Shown: positions 1 to 10,413, numbered from the stretch's first letter. The stretch: DNA of 64,000 nt from Roseibacillus sp. (GCA_965242925.1 CBDEUM010000031.1:14513-78512), one strand, 5' to 3'. The notes: generated by a model not told the origin, from the letters alone. Program-made: numbers and translations.

Positions 1-170
1 CCTACCTCCGGAAGGCCGGTGAAGTGAATGCCGGCGATGAACAGAGCGCCGGGACAAGCCGCGCCAGTCGGACCCTCGTGTTCGTCGTGCTGGCCCTGCT
101 GATGGCCATTCCGATCGCACTGAGCCTCGTCCGCTGGAGAGCGGGAAGGCGCAGGGAAGCTGCTTCATAA
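1..170 (+). CDS. 3' end of a protein with a C-terminal membrane anchor (partial, runs off the window)
   Basis: Frame starting at nt 3 reads ...TLVFVVLALLMAIPIALSLVRWRAGRRREAAS then TAA at 168-170: hydrophobic helix followed by a basic tail. Confidence 0.6.
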   Translation, partial: YLRKAGEVNAGDEQSAGTSRASRTLVFVVLALLMAIPIALSLVRWRAGRRREAAS

Positions 171-314
171 GGGACTCTTCCCCACAGGGCGCCCGGGAGT
201 CACTGCTTTCCGCCCGATCCTCATCGCTCAGGTGCCCGGCCCCGCACTCTCCCTGGATAGTCTGGCCCTCAAGGAAGCAAGCGCCTATAAGAGAGCAGTC
301 CGGCATACCACGTC

Positions 315-3300
315 ATGACCCGCCGTTTATTCCATACCCGCGTCCTTCCGCTTGTGCGCCCTTCCCTCTGCCCGCTCGTGCTACTGATTCTCTGCGCCGG
401 GTTGCTCCTGAAGGGATTCGTCACGCGGTCCCACGGCCAGTCCGGAGAGACTGACGGGGGAGAGGCTCCCCGCCGCATCGAGGTGCTTTTCCTGGGCAGC
501 AAAAACCTCTTCAATCACGATCCCCCGACCCGCTTCCGGGTGCTGCGCAAGGCCCTGGGACCGAAGGCGATCAATATTACCTACGCCCACACCGTTGAGG
601 CTCTCACCGAGGAGAACCTGGCCAAGTATGACGTCCTCCTCATCTTCGCCAATCTCTACAAGCTCGACGTGGAGACCCAGGGCCAGGCCCTTCTCGATTT
701 TGCGAAGAAGGGCGGAGGCTGTGTTCTCCTCCACTGCGCGGCCGGCTGTTTTCGGGAGTCGGAGTTTGACGAGTATGTCGACCTGCTCGGCGCCCAGTTC
801 AAGAGGCACGGAAAGGGAGTTTTCCGGGCCCGCATCGTGAACGAGGACCATCCGATCATGAAGGGATGGAAGGGCTTCGAGTGCTGGGATGAGACTTACG
901 AGCACAAGCGCCACGGCAAGGATCGGATCATTCTGCAGAAACGCGACGACGAACCCTGGACCTGGGTCAAGACCTACGGCCAGGGACGGGTCTTCTATAC
1001 TGCCAGCGGGCATGACCACCGCTGCTGGGACCTGCCGGAATATCACGATCTCCTGCACCGGGCCATCCGCTGGACCTCCAAGGACGACACGGTGAGCTGG
1101 CTGGCGCCCGAGAATCTCCCGGAATTGCGCTACCGACCGGCGGCCGCGCCCAGGGACCCCGATAACCCGGTCGGACCCCTCAACCAGATCCAGAATCCCC
1201 TCTCCCCTGAAAATTCCCTCAAGCTCGCTCAGGTGCCCCCGGGCTTCGAAATCAGCCTCTTCGCGGCCGAGCCCATGGTGATCAATCCCATCGCCATGAA
1301 CTGGGATCAGGACGGACGGCTCTGGGTGGTGGAGGCCTTCGATTATCCCCACAAGGTCGGAACCGAAAACCCACAGGATCGCATCAAGATCCTCGAGGAC
1401 CGCGACCGCGACGGCCGGGCTGATACGGTCACCGTCTTTGCCGATGGCCTCAACATCTGCACCTCCGTCCTGCCGGTCACCGGCGGGGCAATTGCCACCG
1501 ACGGACCGGACATGGTCCTCCTCCGCGATGAAGACGGGGACGGAAAGGCCGATCGGAAGGAAGTGCTCTGGTCCGGCATCGGCCTGCGCGACACGCATGC
1601 CTGTGTCTCTAATCTCCGTCACGGATTCGACGGATGGATCTATGCCACGGTGGGATACAGCGGGTTGGACGTGACCGTCAACGGGAGGCAGCACAAGTCG
1701 TCCCAGGCCGTTTTCCGTTTCCTTCCCGATGGGTCCGCCTTCGAAATCGTGCAGGATACCAGCAACAACACCTGGGGACTGGGCTTCACCGAGGAGGGCG
1801 ACCTAGTGGGCTCCACCGCCAACGGCAACGCGAGCTGGTATCTCTCCATTCCCAACCGCCACTTTGAAGCGGTGGGCCGTAAGGGACAGAAGGTAGCAAA
1901 GGCCGATGGACCGGAGTTTCTTGCACCCATCACGAGCGATTACTTCCAGAACAACCCGAAAGAGAATCATTCCTCTGCGGCGGGACATGCGGTCTACACC
2001 AGCCGCCGTTTTCCGGAGGACTGGTGGAACAAACGTGTCCTGGTCTGCGAACCGCCCATGCACCTCGTCTCCGCACCAGGGATCAAGCGACGGGGAGACC
2101 GCTTTGAAACCACGGGCTTCAACCATAATCTCTACGCCTCCGCCGATGCCTGGTCGGCCCCGGTGGCTGCCGAGGTCGGTCCGGACGGTGCGGTCTGGAT
2201 GGCGGACTGGTACAACCCGATCTGCAACCACAATCCCTACCGCGGACACTTCCGGAAGGGGCCGGGCAATGCCCTCCGGTCGGACGACCGGGACCGTGAG
2301 CACGGCCGCATCTACCGCATCTACCCCCGGGGGACGCAGGACGAACCCTATCCCAACCTGCAGACCGTGCAGGAGGCTCTCGCCGCCCTCGAACATCCCA
2401 ATCTTTTCTGGCGCTTGACGGCCCAGCGCCTTCTCGCCGGGAGACTCGATTCCAAGACCCTTGCCGCCAAGTCCGGCCAGTCCCGCAATCCCCGGGCCCG
2501 CTTCCACCTGGCACTCGCGGCCCACCACGGTAAGCTCGATGCCGTCCAGGCCGCGGCGATGGCCCGCCGGATTGAATTGGACGAGGAGAGAACGGGCAGG
2601 AACCAGGTCCTCATTCACTCGCCGGCCGCGAGCCTCAAACGCCTGCAGGACGCCGGGCGGGACCCGCTGGACCGCAAAGCCGCGGCCCTCCGCCTCGTGG
2701 AAGCCCCGCCCAGTGCGCGGCTTGGTGAGGATCTCCTTCACCTCGTCACCACGGACTCCACCATTGCCGGGAGCAACCACCTCGCAGATGCGGTCCGCCT
2801 CGCCGTCATCCGCCACCCGGAAGGGTTTTTCCGCGCCCTGCTCGAGGAGAAAGCGGAGCACAAGTTCGAAGGCTTCCTCGGCAGGATTGTGCGCGACGCC
2901 CTGGTGAGGATCCGCAGGACCCCGGATATCATCTCGAAAGGCCTTCGCGTTTTCGCCCACCAGTCGGACTCCGGCCTGGCGAAGCGACTTGCCGAGGCTG
3001 CCGAGGCCGACCCGCCGACCGCGCCAGAGACCACCCTCTCTCCCAGCGCCCGAAGGGGCGAGCAAGTCTACCTGGCCTGCTGCGTGGCATGTCACCAACC
3101 GGAGGGGAAGGGCCTTCCCAAAGTCTTCCCTCCTCTCGCCGGTTCCAAGCGACTCCTTGGACCGACGGAGGTGCCCGTCCGGATTGTCCTGAAAGGGCTG
3201 CAGGGACCCCTTGAGGCCAATGGAGAACAGTACGACAGCATGATGCCCGGCCACGAGGCCTTGCTGACCGATCAACAGGTGGCGGACGTCCTCAATTACA

Positions 3301-3422
3301 CCCGTGCCTCCTGGGGGAACACGGCGGGGGAAGTGAGCGAGGAGAGTGTTGGTGCCGTCCGGGCCACCGTGGCCCGGCGCACGTCCCCGTGGACCGAACC
3401 GGAGCTCCGCTCCAGGAAGTGA
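315..3422 (+). CDS. ThuA-like domain + PVC-type membrane-bound dehydrogenase (beta-propeller) + C-terminal cytochrome c
   Basis: N-terminal hydrophobic segment; ThuA-like motifs (WDETY, YGQGRVFYTASGH); FEISLFAAEP..NPIAMNWD..GRLWV, SNNTWGLGF, GPDGAVWMADWY; C-terminal CVACH heme motif with FPPLAGS and MPG. Confidence 0.85.
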   Translation: MTRRLFHTRVLPLVRPSLCPLVLLILCAGLLLKGFVTRSHGQSGETDGGEAPRRIEVLFLGSKNLFNHDPPTRFRVLRKALGPKAINITYAHTVEALTEENLAKYDVLLIFANLYKLDVETQGQALLDFAKKGGGCVLLHCAAGCFRESEFDEYVDLLGAQFKRHGKGVFRARIVNEDHPIMKGWKGFECWDETYEHKRHGKDRIILQKRDDEPWTWVKTYGQGRVFYTASGHDHRCWDLPEYHDLLHRAIRWTSKDDTVSWLAPENLPELRYRPAAAPRDPDNPVGPLNQIQNPLSPENSLKLAQVPPGFEISLFAAEPMVINPIAMNWDQDGRLWVVEAFDYPHKVGTENPQDRIKILEDRDRDGRADTVTVFADGLNICTSVLPVTGGAIATDGPDMVLLRDEDGDGKADRKEVLWSGIGLRDTHACVSNLRHGFDGWIYATVGYSGLDVTVNGRQHKSSQAVFRFLPDGSAFEIVQDTSNNTWGLGFTEEGDLVGSTANGNASWYLSIPNRHFEAVGRKGQKVAKADGPEFLAPITSDYFQNNPKENHSSAAGHAVYTSRRFPEDWWNKRVLVCEPPMHLVSAPGIKRRGDRFETTGFNHNLYASADAWSAPVAAEVGPDGAVWMADWYNPICNHNPYRGHFRKGPGNALRSDDRDREHGRIYRIYPRGTQDEPYPNLQTVQEALAALEHPNLFWRLTAQRLLAGRLDSKTLAAKSGQSRNPRARFHLALAAHHGKLDAVQAAAMARRIELDEERTGRNQVLIHSPAASLKRLQDAGRDPLDRKAAALRLVEAPPSARLGEDLLHLVTTDSTIAGSNHLADAVRLAVIRHPEGFFRALLEEKAEHKFEGFLGRIVRDALVRIRRTPDIISKGLRVFAHQSDSGLAKRLAEAAEADPPTAPETTLSPSARRGEQVYLACCVACHQPEGKGLPKVFPPLAGSKRLLGPTEVPVRIVLKGLQGPLEANGEQYDSMMPGHEALLTDQQVADVLNYTRASWGNTAGEVSEESVGAVRATVARRTSPWTEPELRSRK

Positions 3423-3430
3423 GTCCTGCC

Positions 3431-3880
3431 ATGACCATTGCCACAGAGATCCCCCCTCCCCTGGAACTCTACATGGAAGGCCTGCGCTCCCACGACCTCG
3501 GGAAGATCGGTGCCAGCTTCGCGGAAGACATCCGGTTCGTCACCCCGGCCCGGACGATGGGGACCGACGAAATCCTGGCCTTCCTCGCGGCCCTTTACCA
3601 GGGCTTTCCCGACTGGAGCTACGACAACGATCCTCCGGTCCTCACCGGGGACGGAGCCATCGGCGTGAAGTGGCGACAGGGCGGAACCCATACCGGGGCC
3701 CTCGCCTTTCCCGGGTTTGACTCTTACCCCGCCACCGGGCGACAGGTCACCATTCCAGAGCACTTCTTTTATTATCGCGTCGATGATCGTGGCCTGCATG
3801 AAATCCGGCCGGATCCCATTCCCGGGGGTGCCCCCCGGGGAATCTTCGAGCAGATCGGGGTTGAGCATCCCCCGCTCTAG
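3431..3880 (+). CDS. SnoaL-like/NTF2-fold ester cyclase family protein
   Basis: ALYQGFPDW, GTHTG, PATGRQV motifs; ATG at 3431 just after the upstream stop. Confidence 0.75.
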   Translation: MTIATEIPPPLELYMEGLRSHDLGKIGASFAEDIRFVTPARTMGTDEILAFLAALYQGFPDWSYDNDPPVLTGDGAIGVKWRQGGTHTGALAFPGFDSYPATGRQVTIPEHFFYYRVDDRGLHEIRPDPIPGGAPRGIFEQIGVEHPPL

Positions 3881-3928
3881 AGTCCCTTCCCGGCAGACCC
3901 TTCCGCCACCTGAAACCACCAGAGAACC

Positions 3929-4231
3929 ATGCCATTTGCCATCATCACCAGGGACAAGCCCGGACACACCGGGGTGCGCGCATCCCATCAGTCCGCTCAC
4001 AAGGCCTACCTCGACCAGCACAGGGAGATTCTCCTCGCCGCCGGGGCCATGCTCGATGATGAGGCGATCGAGGCCCATGGCGGCGTTCTCCTCGTGGATG
4101 TGGAGACCAGGGCCGCGGCAGAGGAATTTGTTCGCAACGACCCCTTCCAGGCAGCAGGGCTTTTCGGAGAGATCCTGATCACCCGCTGGCGGAAGGCCTT
4201 CTTCGACCGCCAACGGCTGGTGGAGCTCTGA
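3929..4231 (+). CDS. YciI family protein
   Basis: DKPG..R...AHKAYL, AAGAML, NDPFQAAGLF motifs; 100 aa. Confidence 0.85.
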   Translation: MPFAIITRDKPGHTGVRASHQSAHKAYLDQHREILLAAGAMLDDEAIEAHGGVLLVDVETRAAAEEFVRNDPFQAAGLFGEILITRWRKAFFDRQRLVEL

Positions 4232-4291
4232 TCCCAGACAGGCCGCGGAGCGGGGATCGACAGTGTGGCCCTGTCTGCTAGATAGAAGCCC

Positions 4292-5215
4292 ATGCGCACC
4301 ACCAGCCTCCTTTCCTTGCTGGCCCTCCTGGCCACCGGTCCCTCCACCCTGGCGAAGGAGTTCCGGCTCTACTATCTGGGTGGACAGTCGAACATGGACG
4401 GCTACGGAAAGGTGGCCGAACTGCCGGAAGACCTGAAGGCAGGCAAGGGTTACGAGGGCGTCTCCATCTTCCACGGCAACATGGGGCTGGATGGCAAAAA
4501 GCCCGATGGCCGTGGTGCCTGGATGCAACTCAAGCCGGGTCATGGACGCAACTTCAAGTCCGACGGGTCCAGGCACAGTTACTCGGACCGCTTCGGGCTG
4601 GAGCTCACTCTGGCCCGCACCCTGAAGAAGCAATATCCCGATGCCCACATCGCCTTCATTAAGTACTCGCGTGGGGGAACCGCCATCGATTCGAAAGCGG
4701 GGGCCCAGAAGCGCTTCGGGGCCTGGGATCCGGACTGGAACGGCGGCGCAGGCGAAGGCAGGGGCGTCAACCAGTACGACCACTTCCAGGCCACCCTGAA
4801 GCACGCCTTTGCGGACAAGGATCTCGATAATGACGGCGAGACCGACACGCTTGTGCCCTCCGGCATCTTCTGGATGCAGGGCGAGAGCGATGCGGACAGC
4901 GAGGAAGTGGCCCGGCGCTACGAGTCCAACCTCGGTGAACTCATGAACCTCATCCGCAAGGACCTGGGCGAAGGCGACAAGAAGATCCCCGTCGTGATCG
5001 GTCGCATCACTGACTGGAAGGTCTGGACATTCGGTGGGGTCGTCCGCGAGGCACAGGCCGCCTTCGTGAAAAAGGACGGCCGGGCCGCCCTCGTCACCTC
5101 AACCGATTCCTACAAGAACTCCGATCCCTGGCACTACGACACCGCGGGATACCTCGACCTCGGGAAAAAATTCGGGGAGGCCGTAATCTCCCTCGAAAAG
5201 AACTCTACGAAATGA
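4292..5215 (+). CDS. Secreted SGNH carbohydrate esterase (sialate O-acetylesterase/CE6-like)
   Basis: Signal peptide; GGQSNM, WMQGESD and DPWH catalytic motifs. Confidence 0.85.
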   Translation: MRTTSLLSLLALLATGPSTLAKEFRLYYLGGQSNMDGYGKVAELPEDLKAGKGYEGVSIFHGNMGLDGKKPDGRGAWMQLKPGHGRNFKSDGSRHSYSDRFGLELTLARTLKKQYPDAHIAFIKYSRGGTAIDSKAGAQKRFGAWDPDWNGGAGEGRGVNQYDHFQATLKHAFADKDLDNDGETDTLVPSGIFWMQGESDADSEEVARRYESNLGELMNLIRKDLGEGDKKIPVVIGRITDWKVWTFGGVVREAQAAFVKKDGRAALVTSTDSYKNSDPWHYDTAGYLDLGKKFGEAVISLEKNSTK

Positions 5216-6096
5216 ACGCACTCGCCGAGCCCCTGCTCCAGCGATCCGACTGGCTGCAGGCCGCGGCCAGTCATCGCGCAAGGGCCCGCACCTGGACGCA
5301 ACCCACCCGCGACCGCAGGGCACGGGGCGAGAAGCATCCGGTAGATGACTTCCTGCACACCTACTACCGGCTCTCGCTCGGCAAGCTGGAGCGCTGGCAT
5401 CCGGGTTTCGGCGTGGCGATGGAGGACTGCGTGGAAGCCCGGTGCGCCTTCCCGGAAAGGCACTACCGTTTTAAGGATGGAACCTGCAGGGTGGATCCGG
5501 ATCTCCTTGAGGAGAAGGCCCGGGAGCGGTTGCGCTTTACCCTGCGCCTCCTCCGCGCCACCCGGTCCCGCCCGCCCAACTTCGCCTGTCATGGCCTGCA
5601 CGAATGGGCCATGGTCTACCGCGGGACCATGGTGCGACACCGTGAAACCGTTCCCCTGCGCCTGCCCCAGGAGGAGATCGACACTCTCGTACGATCCCAG
5701 CCGCTCTGCTGCAGCCACTTCGATGCCTTTCGGTTCTTCGCTCCGGAAGCCCAACTGCTCAACCACCTGCAACCCGATCTCTGGGCCCGCGAGGACAATG
5801 AGCAACCCGGTTGCATCCACGCAAACATGGATCTCTACAAGTGGGCGGCCAAGTCGCTGCCCTGGATTTCAAGCGATCTCCTGTGGAAGTGCTTCCACCT
5901 CGCCCTGAAGGCGCGCGAGATCGACATGCGGGCGAGCCCCTATGACCTCAGCGGGTTCGGCTATGAACCCATCGCGGTGGAGACCATGGCCGGGCGTAGC
6001 GCGTACGAGCAGGAACAGCGTCTCCTCGCCGAGGAGGCCCGGCCACTGCGGGACGGTCTCATCCGCCAACTGGACAAAGTCCTCGCGACAGACTGA
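5212..6096 (+). CDS. Conserved Cys/His-rich protein of the family often labelled '3-methyladenine DNA glycosylase' in Actinobacteria; function uncertain
   Basis: HPVDDFLHTYY, CHGLHEWAMVY, CSHFDAFRFF, EQPGCIHANMDLYKW, DMRASPYDL; ATGA overlap with the upstream gene. Confidence 0.7.
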   Translation: MNALAEPLLQRSDWLQAAASHRARARTWTQPTRDRRARGEKHPVDDFLHTYYRLSLGKLERWHPGFGVAMEDCVEARCAFPERHYRFKDGTCRVDPDLLEEKARERLRFTLRLLRATRSRPPNFACHGLHEWAMVYRGTMVRHRETVPLRLPQEEIDTLVRSQPLCCSHFDAFRFFAPEAQLLNHLQPDLWAREDNEQPGCIHANMDLYKWAAKSLPWISSDLLWKCFHLALKAREIDMRASPYDLSGFGYEPIAVETMAGRSAYEQEQRLLAEEARPLRDGLIRQLDKVLATD

Positions 6097-6119
6097 CTCC
6101 GCTAATAAAGTGATCCACG

Positions 6120-6596
6120 ATGTTTCCACGGACAGGAACCCTCCTGAGTGCCGGCTGCCTCGGCCTCCTCCTGGGGTCCTGTGCGACGGAGAACGGCAAG
6201 GCTCCGACCGGAGGCCCAAAGGCCCCCATGGACTTCGCGGTGGATACCGGGGGCGGCCGCATGTTTTACAGGGGAACTGCTTTCATTCCCCGCGGTTTCA
6301 ATTCCAGGGAAGTCTTCGATCTCGATGTGCAACTCTCCCGGTGGGGCAATCCTCCTGCCAATGAGGCAAGCCGCAGCGCCGGCAGCGTCCTGACCGGGAC
6401 ATTCACCGGGAAGGGCCGCTACCAGCCCCTGGGAAACGGCGAAGGAGAAATCCAGCTCGCCCGGGGACGCCTCCAACTCCGGGGAGTGATCCTCGATGAC
6501 GGCCAGGAACTGGACGGGGAGTGGTTCCTGGACGGTCGACACGGGGGCGGTTTTCGAATGACGCGCAAGGGGCATCTTTTTCCCTCGAGTCACTGA
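6120..6596 (+). CDS. Hypothetical lipoprotein
   Basis: Hydrophobic N-terminus ending in a LLGS-C lipobox; fits the + strand gene run. Confidence 0.55.
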   Translation: MFPRTGTLLSAGCLGLLLGSCATENGKAPTGGPKAPMDFAVDTGGGRMFYRGTAFIPRGFNSREVFDLDVQLSRWGNPPANEASRSAGSVLTGTFTGKGRYQPLGNGEGEIQLARGRLQLRGVILDDGQELDGEWFLDGRHGGGFRMTRKGHLFPSSH

Positions 6597-6722
6597 CCGG
6601 TCCCGCGTCCCGAATTGCGCGCCAGTAGTCCGCCATGTCGCACAGGTCGACGCCGGTTCTCACTTCACTCCTTTCCTGTGGCTTGCTACGGGGAGCGCAT
6701 TCCGCTACCTCTTCCATATCGC

Positions 6723-8145
6723 ATGATTCCCAACGTCCTCGCCGATCGCTACGCCTCCCCGGCCATGAGGAAGATCTGGTCCGCGGAGGGCCGCATCGTT
6801 CTTGAACGCGACTTCTGGATCGCGGTCATGAAATCCCAGCGCGAACTGGGCCTGCCCATCCCGGAAGAGGTCATTGCCGACTACGAGAAACGTGCAGGGA
6901 AGAGGTCCACCTGGACTCCATCCAGGAGCGGGAGCGGATCTCCCGCCATGATGTGAAGGCCCGCCTTGAGGAATTCAATGACCTCGCGGGCCACCAGGAG
7001 ATCCACAAGGGCATGACTTCGCGGGATCTCACCGAGAACGTGGAGCAACTGCAGGTCTTCTCCTCCCTGCGGATCATCCACGACAAGGCGGTGGCCAGCC
7101 TGTCCGCCCTCGCCCGGCGGGCTCATGAATGGCGGGACGTGATCATTGCGGGAAGAACCCACAACGTTGCGGCTCAACCCACCACCTTTGGCAAGCGCCT
7201 TGCGATGTTTGGCGAAGAAATAATCGATTCCTTCAGGCACTTCGAGCACCTCATCGAGAGCTATCCGGTGCGCGGCCTGAAGGGCGCGGTGGGAACGCAG
7301 ATGGACCAGCTCTCCCTCTTCGAGGGTAACCCCGACAAGGTCAGGGAGCTGGAACGTGGGATCGCCTCCCACCTCGGCCTCCCGAGCGACTGGGTGTGCG
7401 TGGGCCAGGTCTATCCCCGTTCGCTGGACCTGCGGACGGTCTCCGCCCTCACCGAACTCACCTCCGCCCCGTCCTCGCTGTGCACCACCCTGCGCCTGAT
7501 GGCGGGTCACGAACTGGCCTCGGAAGGTTTCGCCAGGGGACAAACCGGGTCCAGTGCCATGCCCCACAAGATGAATGCCCGTTCCTGCGAACGGGTGAAC
7601 GGCTTCCACATCATCCTGAAGGGATATCTCTCGATGGGAGCGGGTCTGAGCGGCACGCAGTGGAACGAGGGCGACGTCTCCTGCTCGGTGGTCCGGCGCG
7701 TCATGCTGCCCGATGCCTTCTTCGCGGCAGACGGACTCTTCGAAACCTTTCTTACCATCCTGGGCCAGATGCAGGTCTTCGCCGGAACCATCGACAGGGA
7801 AAACGAACGCTACATGCCCTTTCTCCTGAGCACATCCTTCCTGATGGCTGCGGTCAAGGCCGGGGCGGGCCGTGAAACCGCCCATGAGGCCATCAAGGAA
7901 CATGCCCTGGCCGTGGCCCGGGAACTACGCGAGGGTGCAATCCCTCACAACGACCTCCTCGACCGCCTGGCGGCGGACGAGCGCATTCCCGTTTCCCGCG
8001 AGGACCTGCAGGAAGTCTTCGAGGCGGGACAAGGCAACACCGGTGCCGCCACCGCCCAGGTCGATGCCTTTCATTCAGGCCGTCTCCAGTCTGGCCGAGC
8101 GCCATCCCGAATGCGGCCGCCTACCACCCGGGCGACATTCTTTAG
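6723..8145 (+). CDS. purB: Adenylosuccinate lyase, reading frame broken three times (~6890, ~8070, ~8111), probably by sequencing error
   Basis: MIPNVLADRYAS start; HKGMTSRD, GRTHNVAAQPTT, GSSAMPHKMN signature; segments join across frames to a C-terminus AAAYHPGDIL and TAG at 8143-8145. Confidence 0.9.
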
Positions 8146-8213
8146 CACCCCGACTATTGCCCGGCAAACTCCCCCTGACGGGAGAGCGGACCGCTCCGCA
8201 GGCGCAGCGGCGA

Positions 8214-8717
8214 CTACTTCTTCTCGTCCTTCTTCTTCTGCAGTTCGCGGTGCTTTTTCTTGGCCTCACGAAACACCTTGCTGCCTTCCTCATGGATCTC
8301 CTTACCGGAAGTTGTCCCGAGAACTTCCTTCATCTCACCATCGAGAACCACCACCAGGGGGTAGGTGTTGCCCGCTGCACTGAGGCCGGTCACGAGAGCC
8401 TCCGGAACACCATTCTCCTTGCCCCGCGAAGCATCGGCCACTTCCTGGTAATCTCCCTTCACCATCAGGCAGAATGACTTGAGTGCCCTGATCGCATCGT
8501 TGGTGGCTTCGATTGAACGCGCCACCCCCTCGTTCTTGGCGTCCCAGATGCGGGGAATGAAGATGAAGGCAAATCCCTTCCCCTCCTCCTCAGCCACCTT
8601 CTCCGCTTCCTTGAGTTTCTCCCACTCTACAACATCGCGGGGCCAGCGCACCTTGGGAGCGGCGGAGGCCAGGGAACCGACGAGAATAATCAGAAGCAGG
8701 ATGGCGGACGTTTTCAT
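8214..8717 (-). CDS. Secreted hypothetical protein, possibly thioredoxin-like fold without CxxC
   Basis: Signal peptide MKTSAILLLIILVGSLASAA; 'EAEKVAEEEGKGFAFIF' and 'YPLVVVLD' resemble Trx-fold elements. Confidence 0.6.
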   Translation of the reverse strand: MKTSAILLLIILVGSLASAAPKVRWPRDVVEWEKLKEAEKVAEEEGKGFAFIFIPRIWDAKNEGVARSIEATNDAIRALKSFCLMVKGDYQEVADASRGKENGVPEALVTGLSAAGNTYPLVVVLDGEMKEVLGTTSGKEIHEEGSKVFREAKKKHRELQKKKDEKK

Positions 8718-8782
8718 GACCGTAGTACGGTAAACCAACCCCGGATATTTGGAATTCCATTCTGCAATTTCCCCACACAACC

Positions 8783-9310
8783 TCAATCACCACCCTCGGT
8801 GTGCCTGGCGAGAAGCCAGAGGAGATCCGAGAGGCGGTTGAGGAACACGGGGATGGCGTCGTTCGAAACTTCCTCTCCCAGCGCCAACACCCGGCGTTCC
8901 GCCCGCCGGCACACCGTCCGGGCAAAATCGAGTTGGGCACCAGTCCGGTTGCCTTTGGCACCGGGGCGAGCCCAGCCTTCGAAACTGATTCCCCCGTCCT
9001 CAAGGTCCCTTGCCAGGCTCTCCACCATGGCCACTTCGTCCGCCCCGATGGAGGGATGTCCGGATTCCCCGTAACATGCGGCATCCTCAGGAAGAACCGC
9101 CAGTTCTCCCATCAGTCCAACCAGATGCCCCTGCAGCCGATCGATGGAATCTCCGAGGTCTGCCACGATATCGATTCGCGCCAACCCGAGGACGGAGTTG
9201 AGTTCGTCCAGCGAACCAATGGCCTCCACACGCGCCTCCGTCTTGGCGATGCGCTTTCCAAACATCAGGTCTGTGGAACCGTCATCGCCACGTCTGGTCG
9301 TGATGCTCAT
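8783..9310 (-). CDS. ATP:cob(I)alamin adenosyltransferase, PduO type
   Basis: ITTRRGDDGST, GSLDELNS, RTVCRRAER, LNRLSDLL motifs. Confidence 0.9.
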   Translation of the reverse strand: MSITTRRGDDGSTDLMFGKRIAKTEARVEAIGSLDELNSVLGLARIDIVADLGDSIDRLQGHLVGLMGELAVLPEDAACYGESGHPSIGADEVAMVESLARDLEDGGISFEGWARPGAKGNRTGAQLDFARTVCRRAERRVLALGEEVSNDAIPVFLNRLSDLLWLLARHTEGGD

Positions 9311-9501
9311 GGAGGAGATATATCCCAGTTTCGGGACAGCTCCCACCCGCAACTTCCACATAAATTCCGGGCCGGACCGGGGGCCGGGGCTTCCCGCTCA
9401 CCGCCTCTTGCCTTTTTTCGTATCTGAGCAGCAGGGGGCCAGATAAGATGATCGAAACTTGGAGCTTTTCCGGGAAGAGTGTCCTGATCTATTTTCCCAT
9501 C

Positions 9502-10413
9502 ATGACTTCCAGACGCCTCTTTCTCAAGCAGAGTGCCGCCGCTGGCGGGCTGACCCTCGCTCCCACGCTGGCCGGTGCCGATCACCACAAGAAGGGCAAG
9601 CCCCTTTTCGAAATCTCCCTCGCCGAATGGTCGCTGCATAAGACGCTCTTCGGCAAGAAGATGACCAACCTCGACTTTCCCAGGGTTTCCAAGGAGAAAT
9701 TCGGCATCACGGCGGTGGAGTACGTGAACCAGTTCTTCAAGGACAAGGCAAAGGACAAGGCCTACCTTGGTGAACTCAGGAAACGATGCGACGACCTCGG
9801 AGTGAAAAGCCTGCTCATCATGATCGACGGGGAAGGCCACCTGGGAGAAGCAGAGGAGGCCAAGCGGCAGAAGGTCATCGACAATCACAGGAAGTGGGTG
9901 GAAGCGGCCAGGTTCCTGGGATGCCATTCCATCCGCGTGAACGCCCACGGGGTGGGCAAGTCCGACGAGGAAAAAGCCGCCAACACCACCAAGGGGCTAC
10001 GGGGGCTCTCCGAGTTCGGCAAGGAGCACGGAATCAATGTCATTGTGGAAAACCACGGGGGACTCTCCTCCAATGGAAAGTGGCTCTCCCGGGTGCTCAA
10101 GGACGTGGGTCTGCCCAACTGCGGTTCACTGCCGGATTTCGGGAACTTCGGGAACTACGACCGCTACCTCGGGATCAAGGAGCTCATGCCCTTCGCCAAG
10201 GGGGTGAGCGCCAAGAGCCACGACTTCGACGCCCAGGGAAACGAGAGCAGGACCGACTACGTGAAAGCTCTCAAGCTTGTCCTCGACGCGGGCTACCGCG
10301 GTTTCGTCGGCATTGAGTACGAAGGCCGCAGACTCGACGAGGAGGCTGGCATCCTGGCCACCAAGAAACTCCTCCTCAAAGCGCGCGACCAGCTCGCCGG
10401 GCACTACAGGTAA
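9502..10413 (+). CDS. Tat-exported sugar phosphate isomerase/epimerase (xylose-isomerase-like TIM barrel)
   Basis: SRRLFLK twin-arginine signal; [26 protein letters not shown]. Confidence 0.85.
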   Translation: MTSRRLFLKQSAAAGGLTLAPTLAGADHHKKGKPLFEISLAEWSLHKTLFGKKMTNLDFPRVSKEKFGITAVEYVNQFFKDKAKDKAYLGELRKRCDDLGVKSLLIMIDGEGHLGEAEEAKRQKVIDNHRKWVEAARFLGCHSIRVNAHGVGKSDEEKAANTTKGLRGLSEFGKEHGINVIVENHGGLSSNGKWLSRVLKDVGLPNCGSLPDFGNFGNYDRYLGIKELMPFAKGVSAKSHDFDAQGNESRTDYVKALKLVLDAGYRGFVGIEYEGRRLDEEAGILATKKLLLKARDQLAGHYR

